Position numbers and translations under genes: made by a program
In this document: positions 47,461 through 57,919 of the stretch, piece after piece
Numbering within the stretch: position 1 is the first letter of the stretch
How the letters are laid out: each line of letters opens with the position of its first letter
Notes under the pieces: model-generated
Seen by the model: the letters and a program-made list of their open reading frames with translations, nothing else
Told to the model about the DNA's origin: nothing
The model's database searches: none
Source of the DNA: a virus
DNA length: 64,000 bases
Virus record (IMG/VR): IMGVR_UViG_3300023179_008562
Span: 1 to 64,000 of that record
Reading direction: 5' to 3' (one strand)

Positions 47461-48402
47461 ATGGCTTATCAGACCGGTGACTTGATCCTACGCGATCACT
47501 ACAATACATTTGCAACAGGCAATGCCGATGGCACTGCCAACAATGCAGTAGCAAACATTAACACAGTATGGGGCGTGGGCTCAGGCGACAAGGGATATGG
47601 TCAGAGCACCACATTGTCGGCAGTGGCCACAGGTGATACTGTGACTGCCACACAATGGTCAACCTTGTTGGCAAGATTAAACAGCGTCCTGACACACCAA
47701 GCGGGCACTGGTTCAGGTATCACCAACCCAACTGCTGGTAGTATAATCACTGCCTTGAGTACACTTCAAACCAACGTTACCAACGCATTCAATAACCGCG
47801 CAAACTTTAACAGTACACGCGGTACACCAGCAACCACCAGTTTGGCTGGAACCTGGAACGTTGCAAGCCCAACAACATTCCAACAAGTTCGCACAGTGAC
47901 ATTTGCCAGCAGTGATCAGGCCAGATATTTCTTCAACGCCGGTGGCAGAATCGCATTGAGTTTTAGTGTGACCAACGGTGCAGACAATGCCAAAGAGTCA
48001 GCCTGGACCGCATTGTTGGGCACTAAATTGGCCACACTGAACTTTGATTTCACCACCAGTGGCCGTACCGGTACTGGCGGTACATTAACCACCGACGGCA
48101 GTGCAATTGGTTTCTGGGATCTGACAACATCAGATCAGACACTGATCAAATTAACAGATACCACTGCTGCTTACACCACCAACTATGTGGAAGTGCTGGC
48201 CAAAATTTCAGGTACTGCAGGCAGCAATGGTGGGTTGGGTAACGTTATCACCTTTACCATTAACTATAATGATGCTGCAACTGATACATTTGATGATGCA
48301 ATCAATATGATTATCAATGCCAACGTGGTTGTTACTCCACCAGAAACCACCAATCTTACCAACACCTGGGGCACAGTAACACCCGCCGCAACAGTAAACT
48401 AA
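47461..48402 (+). CDS. Thr-rich virion structural protein
   Basis: AAGGA SD; G.GD.GYGQ, VTATQW, ARYFFNAGG motifs; last gene before the terminator. Confidence 0.6.
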   Translation: MAYQTGDLILRDHYNTFATGNADGTANNAVANINTVWGVGSGDKGYGQSTTLSAVATGDTVTATQWSTLLARLNSVLTHQAGTGSGITNPTAGSIITALSTLQTNVTNAFNNRANFNSTRGTPATTSLAGTWNVASPTTFQQVRTVTFASSDQARYFFNAGGRIALSFSVTNGADNAKESAWTALLGTKLATLNFDFTTSGRTGTGGTLTTDGSAIGFWDLTTSDQTLIKLTDTTAAYTTNYVEVLAKISGTAGSNGGLGNVITFTINYNDAATDTFDDAINMIINANVVVTPPETTNLTNTWGTVTPAATVN

Positions 48403-48429
48403 TTTGATTTTAATCGGTTAAGTTTGTAT

Positions 48430-48462
48430 AATAAAAGCACTGCTAGTCAGTGCTTTTATTTT
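48430..48462 (+). terminator. Intrinsic (possibly bidirectional) terminator ending the structural operon
   Basis: Perfect 13-bp inverted repeat AATAAAAGCACTG-ctagt-CAGTGCTTTTATT with T-rich tail. Confidence 0.8.
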
Positions 48463-48492
48463 GACACCACACTTTCGTAGATAATTACAAGT

Positions 48493-48810
48493 ATGACCAC
48501 CACCACTGAAAATATTATCAATCAGGTTAAACAAGCCACCGATTTTCAAATCAACAAACGTGCATTGCAGGAACGAATTAAAATTGACCTGCACCTGGCC
48601 CACAATGGTGGGCTATTTTTAGTTGATCAAACTTTGCTGGCCTTTTTGTCCACCTGGCCCACAGATGAATTGTTTATTGAGGATGTCTATGGCAATCCCA
48701 TCTGTTGTGACCGATCAGAACTTTTGGCTCAGGCCCGGGAGTGTTATCAGACTGCAATGAATTCCTGGCATATTCAACATGAAGAACTGCGACGTGTTAG
48801 AAAAATCTAA
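48493..48810 (+). CDS. Hypothetical protein (105 aa), first gene of the modification operon
   Basis: Clean ORF whose end overlaps the next gene. Confidence 0.65.
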   Translation: MTTTTENIINQVKQATDFQINKRALQERIKIDLHLAHNGGLFLVDQTLLAFLSTWPTDELFIEDVYGNPICCDRSELLAQARECYQTAMNSWHIQHEELRRVRKI

Positions 48811-49555
48811 AGGCGTATTGATCTTTGCCAACAACACTGGTTATATAGATTACACCACAATTGCCGCCAGAGCCCAAACCCTTGCAGAACATTATCTTAA
48901 ACTGCCAGTGACCATTGTCACGGGTCAGGATTTTGCCAATAAAAGATATAATATTGACTCGGGGAATTTTGAAGCGTGGCACAATGGTGGCAGATATCTG
49001 GCCTATGAGTTGAGCCCCTACGATCAGACTATTCTGATAGACAGCGATTACTTTGTTTTTGATGACAATCTACTGAAAATTTTAGACGTGGTAAATGATT
49101 ATCAGATCACAAAAACAAATAATTATGTCTGCAGTCAACACAGCAATCAGATGGGACAATATAGCCTGGACACACTCTGGGCAACCGTGATTGTGTTTAA
49201 TAAAACTCCCAAGACCCGAATGTTATTTGATCTGGTGGGCGTAATTGAGCGCAATTATCAATATTACAGAGACCTCTACAACATCGAGGCCAGAAATTTC
49301 AGAAATGATTATGCATTTACCATTGCCGACAATATCATAAATGGATATTGTCCCAATCAGGAAAACTATTTACCCTGGCCTATTGTCAGCGTGCCTGGGC
49401 CCATTGATAGTCTGGAATTAAAAGATTTCAAGTTTTACCTGAAAACCTCAGGTCAGGCCCTGGTATTACCAAAGCAAAGTATTCATCTGATGAGCAAGGC
49501 CTGGTTATTATCTGATTCCTGCAAGCAATTAATCGAGGCAGCGACTAATGCGTGA
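48779..49555 (+). CDS. GT-A fold glycosyltransferase-like protein (GT8-like)
   Basis: YELSPYDQTILIDSDY (DxD), WATVIVF, RNDYAF. Confidence 0.62.
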   Translation: MKNCDVLEKSKGVLIFANNTGYIDYTTIAARAQTLAEHYLKLPVTIVTGQDFANKRYNIDSGNFEAWHNGGRYLAYELSPYDQTILIDSDYFVFDDNLLKILDVVNDYQITKTNNYVCSQHSNQMGQYSLDTLWATVIVFNKTPKTRMLFDLVGVIERNYQYYRDLYNIEARNFRNDYAFTIADNIINGYCPNQENYLPWPIVSVPGPIDSLELKDFKFYLKTSGQALVLPKQSIHLMSKAWLLSDSCKQLIEAATNA

Positions 49556-50366
49556 ATTTAAAAGTCAATTTGGGTTCTTGACCATTGCACAAAATAACGA
49601 CAACACTGATTATCTGGAGTTGGCGTATCAGCAAGCACTGAACGTCAAGGCAACACAAAAACAAAATCAATTTGCGGTACTGGTGGATGCTGACACTGCC
49701 AAATTCATCACTGATCAGCATCGTGAGATTTTTGATTATATTATTGAATTCTCGACTGACCATGCTAAAAATGAACACTGGAAGATGAGCAATGAATGGC
49801 AGGTATTCCATCTGACCCCTTTCAAAGAAACCATTAAACTTGAAAGTGATTTGTTATTCACGCGGGACATCACACATTGGTTAGACGGGCTAAGACTCAG
49901 AGACATCTGCTTTAGTTTGCACTGTAAAAATCTCCAGTCTGAGAATATTACATCGAGTCCCTACAGAAAGATTTTTAAAGAAAACGACTTGCCGGACATC
50001 TACACTGGCATGTATTATTTTAGATACAGTCAGACGAGTGCGGACTTTTTTAGAACGGTGCGTGATGTTTATGCTGGTTGGGATACAGTAAAAAATCATC
50101 TGGCGTTGATCAATGAACCGCCCACTACAGACCTTGCATTTGCAGTGGCGGTAAAAATCGTCGGGTCTGATATCTGCACCATTCCTACCCAGGATTTTTT
50201 TAACTTTGTTCATCTAAAACCACAAATTCAGGGCTGGAATGAAACTCAAGCAGTGACTGATCATACAAATATTGAATGGCAGAACGATATAGTAAGAATC
50301 AACAATCGCAATCAGTATTACCCAGTACATTATTACGAGAAGGGGTTTGTTCATGCTACCAGGTGA
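49548..50366 (+). CDS. GT-A fold glycosyltransferase-like protein (paralog of the previous gene)
   Basis: DYLELAY, LTPFKETIKLESDLL (ExD variant), YTGMYYF, TDLAFA, VHLK, HYYEK. Confidence 0.6.
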   Translation: MREFKSQFGFLTIAQNNDNTDYLELAYQQALNVKATQKQNQFAVLVDADTAKFITDQHREIFDYIIEFSTDHAKNEHWKMSNEWQVFHLTPFKETIKLESDLLFTRDITHWLDGLRLRDICFSLHCKNLQSENITSSPYRKIFKENDLPDIYTGMYYFRYSQTSADFFRTVRDVYAGWDTVKNHLALINEPPTTDLAFAVAVKIVGSDICTIPTQDFFNFVHLKPQIQGWNETQAVTDHTNIEWQNDIVRINNRNQYYPVHYYEKGFVHATR

Positions 50367-50709
50367 GTCTGAATTTTTGCAGGCATTGTCGTCGGCTATA
50401 TCAGCGACACCGGCGGTTGAAGAATACCGTGCATATTATGACGCGGATGGCTGGGTCACAGGATTTTCGGGCAGTGGATTTCCTGACAATGACAATTGGA
50501 TAAACATCAGCAGAGAAATGTATGTGACACATGATTGGAGTTGCATGCGAGTAGTTGATGGAAAAATTTGTCGAGTCGAACCTGTATATTTTCATCATTT
50601 TGCTTTGACTCGCAGCAACAAGGGTGTTAAAGTAGTAAAAGATCATGCTGGAATTGTTGTAGAAGATGACTATTTAGAGACGGAATATTATGAGCGTAGA
50701 AATCGTTGA
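50347..50709 (+). CDS. Hypothetical protein
   Basis: ORF overlapping both neighbours in the operon. Confidence 0.6.
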   Translation: MFMLPGESEFLQALSSAISATPAVEEYRAYYDADGWVTGFSGSGFPDNDNWINISREMYVTHDWSCMRVVDGKICRVEPVYFHHFALTRSNKGVKVVKDHAGIVVEDDYLETEYYERRNR

Positions 50710-51586
50710 TGTTGCAGATTTAGATTGTATTTTTCTCACCTATGACGAGCCAAAAAAAGAAGAATTCTGGATTAAAATTCAGAACATGGTGCCCTGGGCC
50801 CGACGTGTAGATGGAGTCAAAGGGTCGGATGCAGCACACAAAGCCGCTGCTGACGCCAGCGATACTGACCGCTTCGTGCTGATTGACGGTGACAATTTAC
50901 CAGATCCAGAATTTTTTAATCTGCAGTTGAAGCTGGATACAACCAATCGGGACTGTGTGTTTCGCTGGAAAGCCAGAAACATCATTAATGGCCTGCAATA
51001 TGGTAATGGTGGCATGAGCTGCTGGACCAAGGACTTTGTCCGCAACATGAAGACTCATGAAGCCAGTGACGGTTTAGCAGCCAACGATGTGGAATTCTGC
51101 TTCTACCCCAACTATTGGTCCATGAACGATTGTTACAGTGCAACCTATCCCAATGCCACACCTTTCCAGGCCTGGCGAGCTGGGTTCCGCGAGGGTGTCA
51201 AAATGTGTCTGGATCGTGGCGCCCGACCCAATATTGAACAATTCAAAGACCGTATTGTCAGTAGAAATTATGACAATCTCTGCATCTGGCAGACGGTGGG
51301 GGCAGATGTGGAAAATGGCTTCTGGGCCATCTATGGTGCCAGACTGGGCACACAACTAACCATGCTGCAGGACTGGGATTACCGGCAGGTACAGTGGTTT
51401 GATGCATTGTCTGAACTGTGGCAAAATTACAAAGATCACGAGCCTGATCATTGCACTGCTGTGGGCGATGAACTACGTCAGAGATTGGGGTTGAAAATTG
51501 TCGACATGGATCCCGACGCCAGTGCATTTTTCAAGCATCATTACCGGAGCAATTTTCAGAACAAAGGACCAATGATTCGTGAGTAA
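50690..51586 (+). CDS. GT-A fold (GT2-like) glycosyltransferase-like protein
   Basis: IFLTYDEP, VDGVKGSDAAHKAAA, FVLIDGDN (DxD), YGNGG, AWRAGFREGVK. Confidence 0.6.
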   Translation: MSVEIVDVADLDCIFLTYDEPKKEEFWIKIQNMVPWARRVDGVKGSDAAHKAAADASDTDRFVLIDGDNLPDPEFFNLQLKLDTTNRDCVFRWKARNIINGLQYGNGGMSCWTKDFVRNMKTHEASDGLAANDVEFCFYPNYWSMNDCYSATYPNATPFQAWRAGFREGVKMCLDRGARPNIEQFKDRIVSRNYDNLCIWQTVGADVENGFWAIYGARLGTQLTMLQDWDYRQVQWFDALSELWQNYKDHEPDHCTAVGDELRQRLGLKIVDMDPDASAFFKHHYRSNFQNKGPMIRE

Positions 51587-52970
51587 GAGCAAGTTCATGG
51601 GTACTGCTGAGGAAATGCGTGAAAAATTAGGTCATGCACTGTGCCTGGCCAAATGGCAGCAGGTTAGTTTACATTTGCCCACTGGGTTAACCAATAGTTG
51701 CTATCATCCTCCCTTGCATGAAATTGATGCTGCACCACTGACGTTTAATCCCGGTGCACTGCACAATACTGCACACAAGAAAGCGCAACGTAAGTTGATG
51801 CTAGAGCAGCAACGTCCGTCGGAGTGTGCCTATTGCTGGTCAGCTGAAGACAACGGCCAACTTAGTGACAGGCATTATCGCAGTGGCGAACCTTGGGCAG
51901 CAGAACACTATGAAGAAATAGCCCATGGCTCTTGGGATCAGGATGCCACACCCAGTTATGTGGAAGTTAACTTTAGTCATGGCTGCAACCTAGCTTGTAG
52001 TTATTGTAGCCCACAGTTCAGTACCGAGTGGGGCAAAGAAATTGATCGCTGGGGGGCCTATCCCACCACCACACCGCACAATGACCCCATACACTTTCAG
52101 GGACGCCGCAAACCCATTCCGGTTCGTGAAGAAAATCCCTATGTGGACGCCTTCTGGCGCTGGTGGCCAGAATTGTATCCCCACCTCAAGCATTTTCGCA
52201 TGACTGGTGGTGAGCCACTCATGGACAAAAACACTCACCGAGTGTTTGATTACATCCTGGCCCTGCCCAAAAGCGATTTGCATGTGGACGTCACCAGCAA
52301 TTTTAGTGTGGATGATGCACTGTTTGAAAAATACATGCACAAGGTTGAGCAACTGTGTCAGGGCACAAAAATTGAACACTTCATGCAGTATGTGAGTTTG
52401 GATTCGGGTATTAAAGAGCAGAGTGAGTACATACGCGGTGGGCTCAATCTAGACAAGTGTCTGCATAATACTGAAGAATTTCTAACCAGAGTGCCCTATC
52501 GTAACAGTCTGACTTATATCATTACCATGAGCAACCTCAATATTCTAGGTCTGCGAAAGTTATTGGAAATCATTCTGGAACAACGTAAAAAACACAGTCT
52601 GACTTATCAGCGTGTCTGGTTTGATACTCCCCTGCTGCGACAGCCCACCTGGCAGAGTCTGCAAATTTTGCCAGCTAGTTATGTTAGAATATTAGAAGAT
52701 GTTGCTGATTGGATGGAGTCCCATCAACTACCCGAAGGTGTTGATAGATTTGATGGATTCAAAGATTATGAAGTTCAACGCATGCGCAGAAATATTGCCT
52801 GGATGAAAAATGGGCGGGATCTAGATCCTGAATATATACAACAACAACGTGCAGATTTTTATAGATTTTTTAACGAATACGACAAGCGTCGAGGATTTAG
52901 TTTTATTAGCAGCTTCCCCACAATGAAGGAATTCTGGCAAGAGTGCCGATATTATGCCGAAAATACATAA
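51579..52970 (+). CDS. Radical SAM protein with N-terminal twitch-like Fe-S domain
   Basis: N-terminal CLAKW..SCYHP..CAYCW; CNLACSYC; TGGEPL. Confidence 0.9.
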   Translation: MSKSKFMGTAEEMREKLGHALCLAKWQQVSLHLPTGLTNSCYHPPLHEIDAAPLTFNPGALHNTAHKKAQRKLMLEQQRPSECAYCWSAEDNGQLSDRHYRSGEPWAAEHYEEIAHGSWDQDATPSYVEVNFSHGCNLACSYCSPQFSTEWGKEIDRWGAYPTTTPHNDPIHFQGRRKPIPVREENPYVDAFWRWWPELYPHLKHFRMTGGEPLMDKNTHRVFDYILALPKSDLHVDVTSNFSVDDALFEKYMHKVEQLCQGTKIEHFMQYVSLDSGIKEQSEYIRGGLNLDKCLHNTEEFLTRVPYRNSLTYIITMSNLNILGLRKLLEIILEQRKKHSLTYQRVWFDTPLLRQPTWQSLQILPASYVRILEDVADWMESHQLPEGVDRFDGFKDYEVQRMRRNIAWMKNGRDLDPEYIQQQRADFYRFFNEYDKRRGFSFISSFPTMKEFWQECRYYAENT

Positions 52971-54306
52971 CGAAACAGATTTAGAATATAGACGTAGAGT
53001 AATCGACATCAAGTCTGAAAGTTTCTGTGCCGCCAAATGGTACAATGCCACTATCTGGCTGGGGTCGGGTATGACCACTAGTTGTCATCACCCATTACCA
53101 CATAAAGTTTCAGTCCAAGAGGTAGAGGCCAACCCCAGAGCTCTGCATAATACGCCACGCAAAAAGCAAGAACGTCATCAGATGCAACAGGGAGAAAGAC
53201 CTACCGGCTGTGAGTATTGCTGGAAAATTGAAGACATGGGCGTGGATGCCATAAGCGATAGAGTATATAAAACTGTAATTTATAAAGACGAGGACCTGGA
53301 TCTTGCATACAACACTGATTGGAATTCGGACATTAATCTTAAAACTTTGGAAATCGCATTTGATAGAACTTGCCAGTTGGCCTGCAGCTATTGTAATCCT
53401 GCTTTCAGCACTAGCTGGGTACGCGATATTCACCGAAATGGAGCATACATCAATCTGGTCAGCGATGGTCGTAACCATTTCACTCATGAGCATGATAGTG
53501 CTCAACTTTATAAACTCGGTGAAACTAATCCGTATGTGGAAGCATTCTTCAAATGGTGGGAAACCGACCTCCACCAGACCCTGACTGAACTCAGAATCAC
53601 CGGCGGTGAACCGCTCATGAGCGGGTATACAAAACGTCTGTTGGATTGGTTCAAGAATAATCGTGGAGCTAGTACGACCAGACTGGCCATTAATAGCAAC
53701 CTGTGCTTTGACCAATCAGTGCTGGAAGAATTACTAGACAGTACCCAAGGCATCGAACTTGATCTGTATACCAGCAATGAAAGTCTGGGCGCTCATGCAG
53801 AATACATTCGCGATGGGCTTGAATGGCAGCAGTGGACGGATAACATGTGGTTCTTGATGCGCAGCGGTCGGTTGCGTAGCTTGCATGTCATGTGCACAAT
53901 TAATGCTCTTTGCCTGGAAAGTTTGCCAGAATTTCTAACCATGCTCATGGAATGGAAAAGTCAATGGGGTCGAAATAACCCCAACTTTACATTAAACATT
54001 CTGCGTTTTCCCAGTTTTCAGAGTCCATTGGTGCTGCCTGATGATATTCGTATGAAACATCGACAGAGACTGGTGGATTGGTTAAATAGATTTAATGATC
54101 ATTGCATGCTTCATGAGCATGAAAAGAATCATGTGCAACGTCTGATTGATTATTTGGATATTGTTAAAACTCCACACAGTGATGCGTTTGACTTGCCAGC
54201 ATTACATAACGATTTCAAACAGTTTCATCAACAATATGATCAGCGTCGTGACAAGGATTTTAAAACAACATTCCCACAACTGGCCGATTGGTACACAACA
54301 CTATGA
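52954..54306 (+). CDS. Radical SAM protein with N-terminal twitch-like domain
   Basis: FCAAKW..SCHHP..CEYCW; CQLACSYC; TGGEPL. Confidence 0.9.
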   Translation: MPKIHNETDLEYRRRVIDIKSESFCAAKWYNATIWLGSGMTTSCHHPLPHKVSVQEVEANPRALHNTPRKKQERHQMQQGERPTGCEYCWKIEDMGVDAISDRVYKTVIYKDEDLDLAYNTDWNSDINLKTLEIAFDRTCQLACSYCNPAFSTSWVRDIHRNGAYINLVSDGRNHFTHEHDSAQLYKLGETNPYVEAFFKWWETDLHQTLTELRITGGEPLMSGYTKRLLDWFKNNRGASTTRLAINSNLCFDQSVLEELLDSTQGIELDLYTSNESLGAHAEYIRDGLEWQQWTDNMWFLMRSGRLRSLHVMCTINALCLESLPEFLTMLMEWKSQWGRNNPNFTLNILRFPSFQSPLVLPDDIRMKHRQRLVDWLNRFNDHCMLHEHEKNHVQRLIDYLDIVKTPHSDAFDLPALHNDFKQFHQQYDQRRDKDFKTTFPQLADWYTTL

Positions 54307-55646
54307 GCGATTCAAACGATATTAAAAGTTTTTATAATAAAGGCTACAGTTACACGGCCAGAGCACCATATTTTGCTGATCTGGAAAGTTTAACAGAGAG
54401 ACAAAAAGAATTGCTTTTGGAGAGCAAGACATTTTGTATGTTGCCCTGGGTGCACATGCATGCATTTCCTGATGGAAGAGTTTATCCTTGTTGTTTGGCA
54501 GACTACTGGCATCCCCTGGGGGATTTACGTAAAGACGACATGGTGACTGTGTGGAATCAAGATGCCTATAAACAGTTGCGTCAAAACATGCTGACTGAGA
54601 AGCCTAGTAAGGAATGCAACAAATGCTATGAACAAGAGAAAAGTGGATTTTTCAGCATGCGGTATGATGCCAACAGAAATTATGGTCATCATATTGCAGA
54701 AGTAGAACAGACTCTTGAAGATGGTGAGCATCCAGAATTCAATATTAGATACTGGGATGTGAGATTCAGTAATCTCTGCAATTTCCGTTGCAGAACCTGT
54801 GGGCCTATCTTTAGCAGTAATTGGTATAGTGATCACATTAAACTTTATAATAGAAACCCAGATGTTTTGGGTAGGGAAATGACCACAGTGGAGTACGCTG
54901 GCCGCCATGAGATGGATATCTGGGAGCAAATGCAACCACACATCCCGCATTTGGAACAAGTTTATTTTGCTGGTGGCGAACCTTTGATCATGAAAGAGCA
55001 TTACCTGTTACTGGAAAAATTGATCGAGTTGGGCAAGACTGATGTCAGACTCATGTACAATACCAATTTTAGTGAGCTCAGATATAAAAATAAACATGTG
55101 TTTGAGTACTGGAAGCATTTTAAAACTGTTAACGTTGGTGCTAGTCTGGATGCCAGTGGTTCCCGCGCAGAAATCCTACGTAAAGGCACTGATTGGCAGC
55201 AAACGGTGGAGAATCGCGAGCGTATGATGCGTGAAGTCCCACACGCTGATTTTTATATCAGCGCAACTGTTAGTGCCGCTAATGTGTTGCATGTATTGGA
55301 TTTTCACCGTGAATGGACTGAGTTGGGCCTAATAAAAGCTAAAGATTTTAATGTTAACATTTGTCAGAGTCCTGAATGGCACAGAATTGATGTATTACCA
55401 GAACAATTTAAACGAGAAGTGGTTGAGCCAGCATATCGTAAACATCTGGAATGGTTGCGCCCGCAGGACGATTTAAAACGAGCTACAAATGGTTTTGAAA
55501 GTGCCATCAACTTTATGATGGCCAAGGACAACAGCCAACACTGGAATAAGTTTGTTGCGGAGACCGCCAAACTTGATCGAGTCAGAAATGAAGATTTCTG
55601 GCAAGTATTTACTGAATTGAGCTCTTTACCACATGACATTACCTAA
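54303..55646 (+). CDS. Radical SAM protein with N-terminal twitch-like domain
   Basis: FCMLPW..YPCC..CNKCY; CNFRCRTC; AGGEPL; ATGA overlap with the previous stop. Confidence 0.9.
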   Translation: MSDSNDIKSFYNKGYSYTARAPYFADLESLTERQKELLLESKTFCMLPWVHMHAFPDGRVYPCCLADYWHPLGDLRKDDMVTVWNQDAYKQLRQNMLTEKPSKECNKCYEQEKSGFFSMRYDANRNYGHHIAEVEQTLEDGEHPEFNIRYWDVRFSNLCNFRCRTCGPIFSSNWYSDHIKLYNRNPDVLGREMTTVEYAGRHEMDIWEQMQPHIPHLEQVYFAGGEPLIMKEHYLLLEKLIELGKTDVRLMYNTNFSELRYKNKHVFEYWKHFKTVNVGASLDASGSRAEILRKGTDWQQTVENRERMMREVPHADFYISATVSAANVLHVLDFHREWTELGLIKAKDFNVNICQSPEWHRIDVLPEQFKREVVEPAYRKHLEWLRPQDDLKRATNGFESAINFMMAKDNSQHWNKFVAETAKLDRVRNEDFWQVFTELSSLPHDIT

Positions 55647-56832
55647 TAGCATTTGCATATTGCCCTGGATTAGTGTTGAGACCAGCCCTGTTGGAACAGT
55701 GCGACCCTGTTGTTTAGCCAAAGATGAAATAACCAAACCATCGGGCGAAAAATACTTGCTTAAAGAGCATAATCTGGAAGAGATTTATCAGAGCAAGTAC
55801 ATGCAACGTCTCAGACAGGAATTTTTATCAGGAAATAAACCCCCCACTTGCGATCGTTGCTGGGAAGAGGAAGCTGCAGGTCGAACCAGCAAAAGAATCA
55901 ACAGTCGAGTTCGTCTTAAGGAGTATTATGATCAAGTGGATTGGCACAACGTCAATCCTGACCAATTGTGGTTCATTGATCTTAAATTGGGCAATATTTG
56001 CAATCTCAAATGTCGTATTTGCGGCAGCTGGAGCAGCAGCAAGTGGGTCCAGGAAGAAATTGATTATGTGCCAGGTCTTGTCAACAGAAAAGAACATCTG
56101 GCTTATAAGTTTTTGCAGCAGGGCGCTTGGCCCAGAGAAAGTCCTGATTTCTGGGAAAATTTAAAAAGTCTGTTGCCCAACATCAAATATTTTGAGTTTA
56201 CGGGCGGAGAACCTTTTCTAATTCAACAACATTTTGATTTGTTGGAGTATGCTGCAGAACATGGCCACAGTCAGCATATTGATATTCATTACAATACCAA
56301 TGGCACTGTGTTTCCCGACGCTGCTGAATTATGGAACAAGTTCAATCGTGTGGAAATTGCTTTCAGCATAGACAACGTTGGCGAGAGATTCGAGCTGGAA
56401 CGTTATGGTGCTGACTGGTCAGAAGTACAGGAAAATTTAAATAAATTTTCGGCCATGCGCAGCAAGAAAATCACCACGCAACTCTGCACCACCATGAATG
56501 CTCAGAATGTCTATTATTTGCCAGAAATTTGTGATTGGGCCAGTACTCAAGATTTTGACTACATATATTTCAATATGCTGCATGATCCCTGGCACATGAA
56601 TATTGGTCGTATGACTCCTGCAGCACAACAGTTGGTGATTGAACGATTAACCAATCACAAGTTTCACACCAAATATCGTGCAGAGATTGAACGTATTATT
56701 CAGTTTATTCGTAATGGGTCTGGCAGTGATGGTCAGAAATTTCTAACAACAATGAAATTGGCCGACCAATACAGAAAACAAAGTTTTGCTGAAACGCATC
56801 CTGAAATTGCCAAGGCCATGGGGTATGATTGA
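55633..56832 (+). CDS. Radical SAM protein with N-terminal twitch-like domain
   Basis: CILPW..RPCC..CDRCW; CNLKCRIC; TGGEPF; YNTNGT. Confidence 0.9.
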   Translation: MTLPNSICILPWISVETSPVGTVRPCCLAKDEITKPSGEKYLLKEHNLEEIYQSKYMQRLRQEFLSGNKPPTCDRCWEEEAAGRTSKRINSRVRLKEYYDQVDWHNVNPDQLWFIDLKLGNICNLKCRICGSWSSSKWVQEEIDYVPGLVNRKEHLAYKFLQQGAWPRESPDFWENLKSLLPNIKYFEFTGGEPFLIQQHFDLLEYAAEHGHSQHIDIHYNTNGTVFPDAAELWNKFNRVEIAFSIDNVGERFELERYGADWSEVQENLNKFSAMRSKKITTQLCTTMNAQNVYYLPEICDWASTQDFDYIYFNMLHDPWHMNIGRMTPAAQQLVIERLTNHKFHTKYRAEIERIIQFIRNGSGSDGQKFLTTMKLADQYRKQSFAETHPEIAKAMGYD

Positions 56833-57919
56833 TTATTTACCGACTGATGTTTGCGGGCCCTGGAAAGATGTTAACTCAAACAACATCTTTCAAACGGTGT
56901 ATCAACAATTTAAATTGTTACAATGGGGGCAGATTTATTTTGTTTTAAATGTGCAAGACATTACAAGAATTTCCATACCTAAAAATTATAAAAATATATT
57001 AATTAGTTTTCATACTGAATTTTATCATTATGACAAGTTGATACATTTTTTTAATTTACATGCTGACTGTGACTTTTTGTTAATTTGTGATGGTGATGCC
57101 AATGAAAATATATGGCCAGATCATGTAACATATTGTCCCTGGGTCACCTGGCACCAACAATTATCAATGGTTGTTGATCGGTACGGATACAATCAGGAAA
57201 AACGATCCCCAACAAAACGACTGAGTGCATTAAGTCGGCGCAATGATTTTAATCGCGCAGCAATTATTGCATATCTAATGAATGAATATGATCTAACAGA
57301 CTGTATTGTTAGTTGGCATAATATAGACTATGGAATTTCACCCTGGTATTTTGATGCATCTGCCGGTGTGCCTGACAGAATCTGGCGATATCTAAGTAGT
57401 GAAAAATTTAGCCAACTCACCAATCTTTTTGCTGACGGCCCACTTGTGTTGCCCAACTTGCCAATCACCAATGGTGATTGGAGAAAATCTGCGTATTTGG
57501 ATGCAATTTTAAATCTTACCAATGAAGGGGTTTATGGAACAATGTTCAATCAGGATAAATGTTATACTACTCCTTATTTAACAGAAAAAACTTGGAAACC
57601 TCTGATTGCCAGACAACCCTTTTTGCCAATAGGGCAGTTTAATACACTGACGCATCTTTCTAAATTGGGTATGAATTTTGACTATGGATTCAATTTGGAT
57701 TTTGATCAGTGCAAACATGATTTTGATCGAATGATCAAAATATATGAGTTGCTTGAACATATTAAAAATATGGATTTTAATTCTTTGTTGAATGATTCCC
57801 AACCGTCAGCTGATCATAATTTAGAAATTATTATTAACGGCGAATTTTCAAAAAAATGTCAGGAACATAATAATGAAAATTTTGATTTGGTTGACAACTG
57901 GGTCTCAAGACACAGATGA
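56825..57919 (+). CDS. Putative glycosyltransferase-like protein (GT10-like TEK motif)
   Basis: YLTEKTWKPLIARQPFLPIG motif resembles the GT10 donor-binding EK motif; AT-rich; ATG at 56825. Confidence 0.45.
   Translation: MIDYLPTDVCGPWKDVNSNNIFQTVYQQFKLLQWGQIYFVLNVQDITRISIPKNYKNILISFHTEFYHYDKLIHFFNLHADCDFLLICDGDANENIWPDHVTYCPWVTWHQQLSMVVDRYGYNQEKRSPTKRLSALSRRNDFNRAAIIAYLMNEYDLTDCIVSWHNIDYGISPWYFDASAGVPDRIWRYLSSEKFSQLTNLFADGPLVLPNLPITNGDWRKSAYLDAILNLTNEGVYGTMFNQDKCYTTPYLTEKTWKPLIARQPFLPIGQFNTLTHLSKLGMNFDYGFNLDFDQCKHDFDRMIKIYELLEHIKNMDFNSLLNDSQPSADHNLEIIINGEFSKKCQEHNNENFDLVDNWVSRHR

Noticed and set aside
41942-48402. Diversity-generating retroelement or invertible fibre cassette
   Set aside because: No reverse transcriptase or invertase in the window, no adenine-specific TR/VR pair seen, and repeat differences are mostly synonymous.
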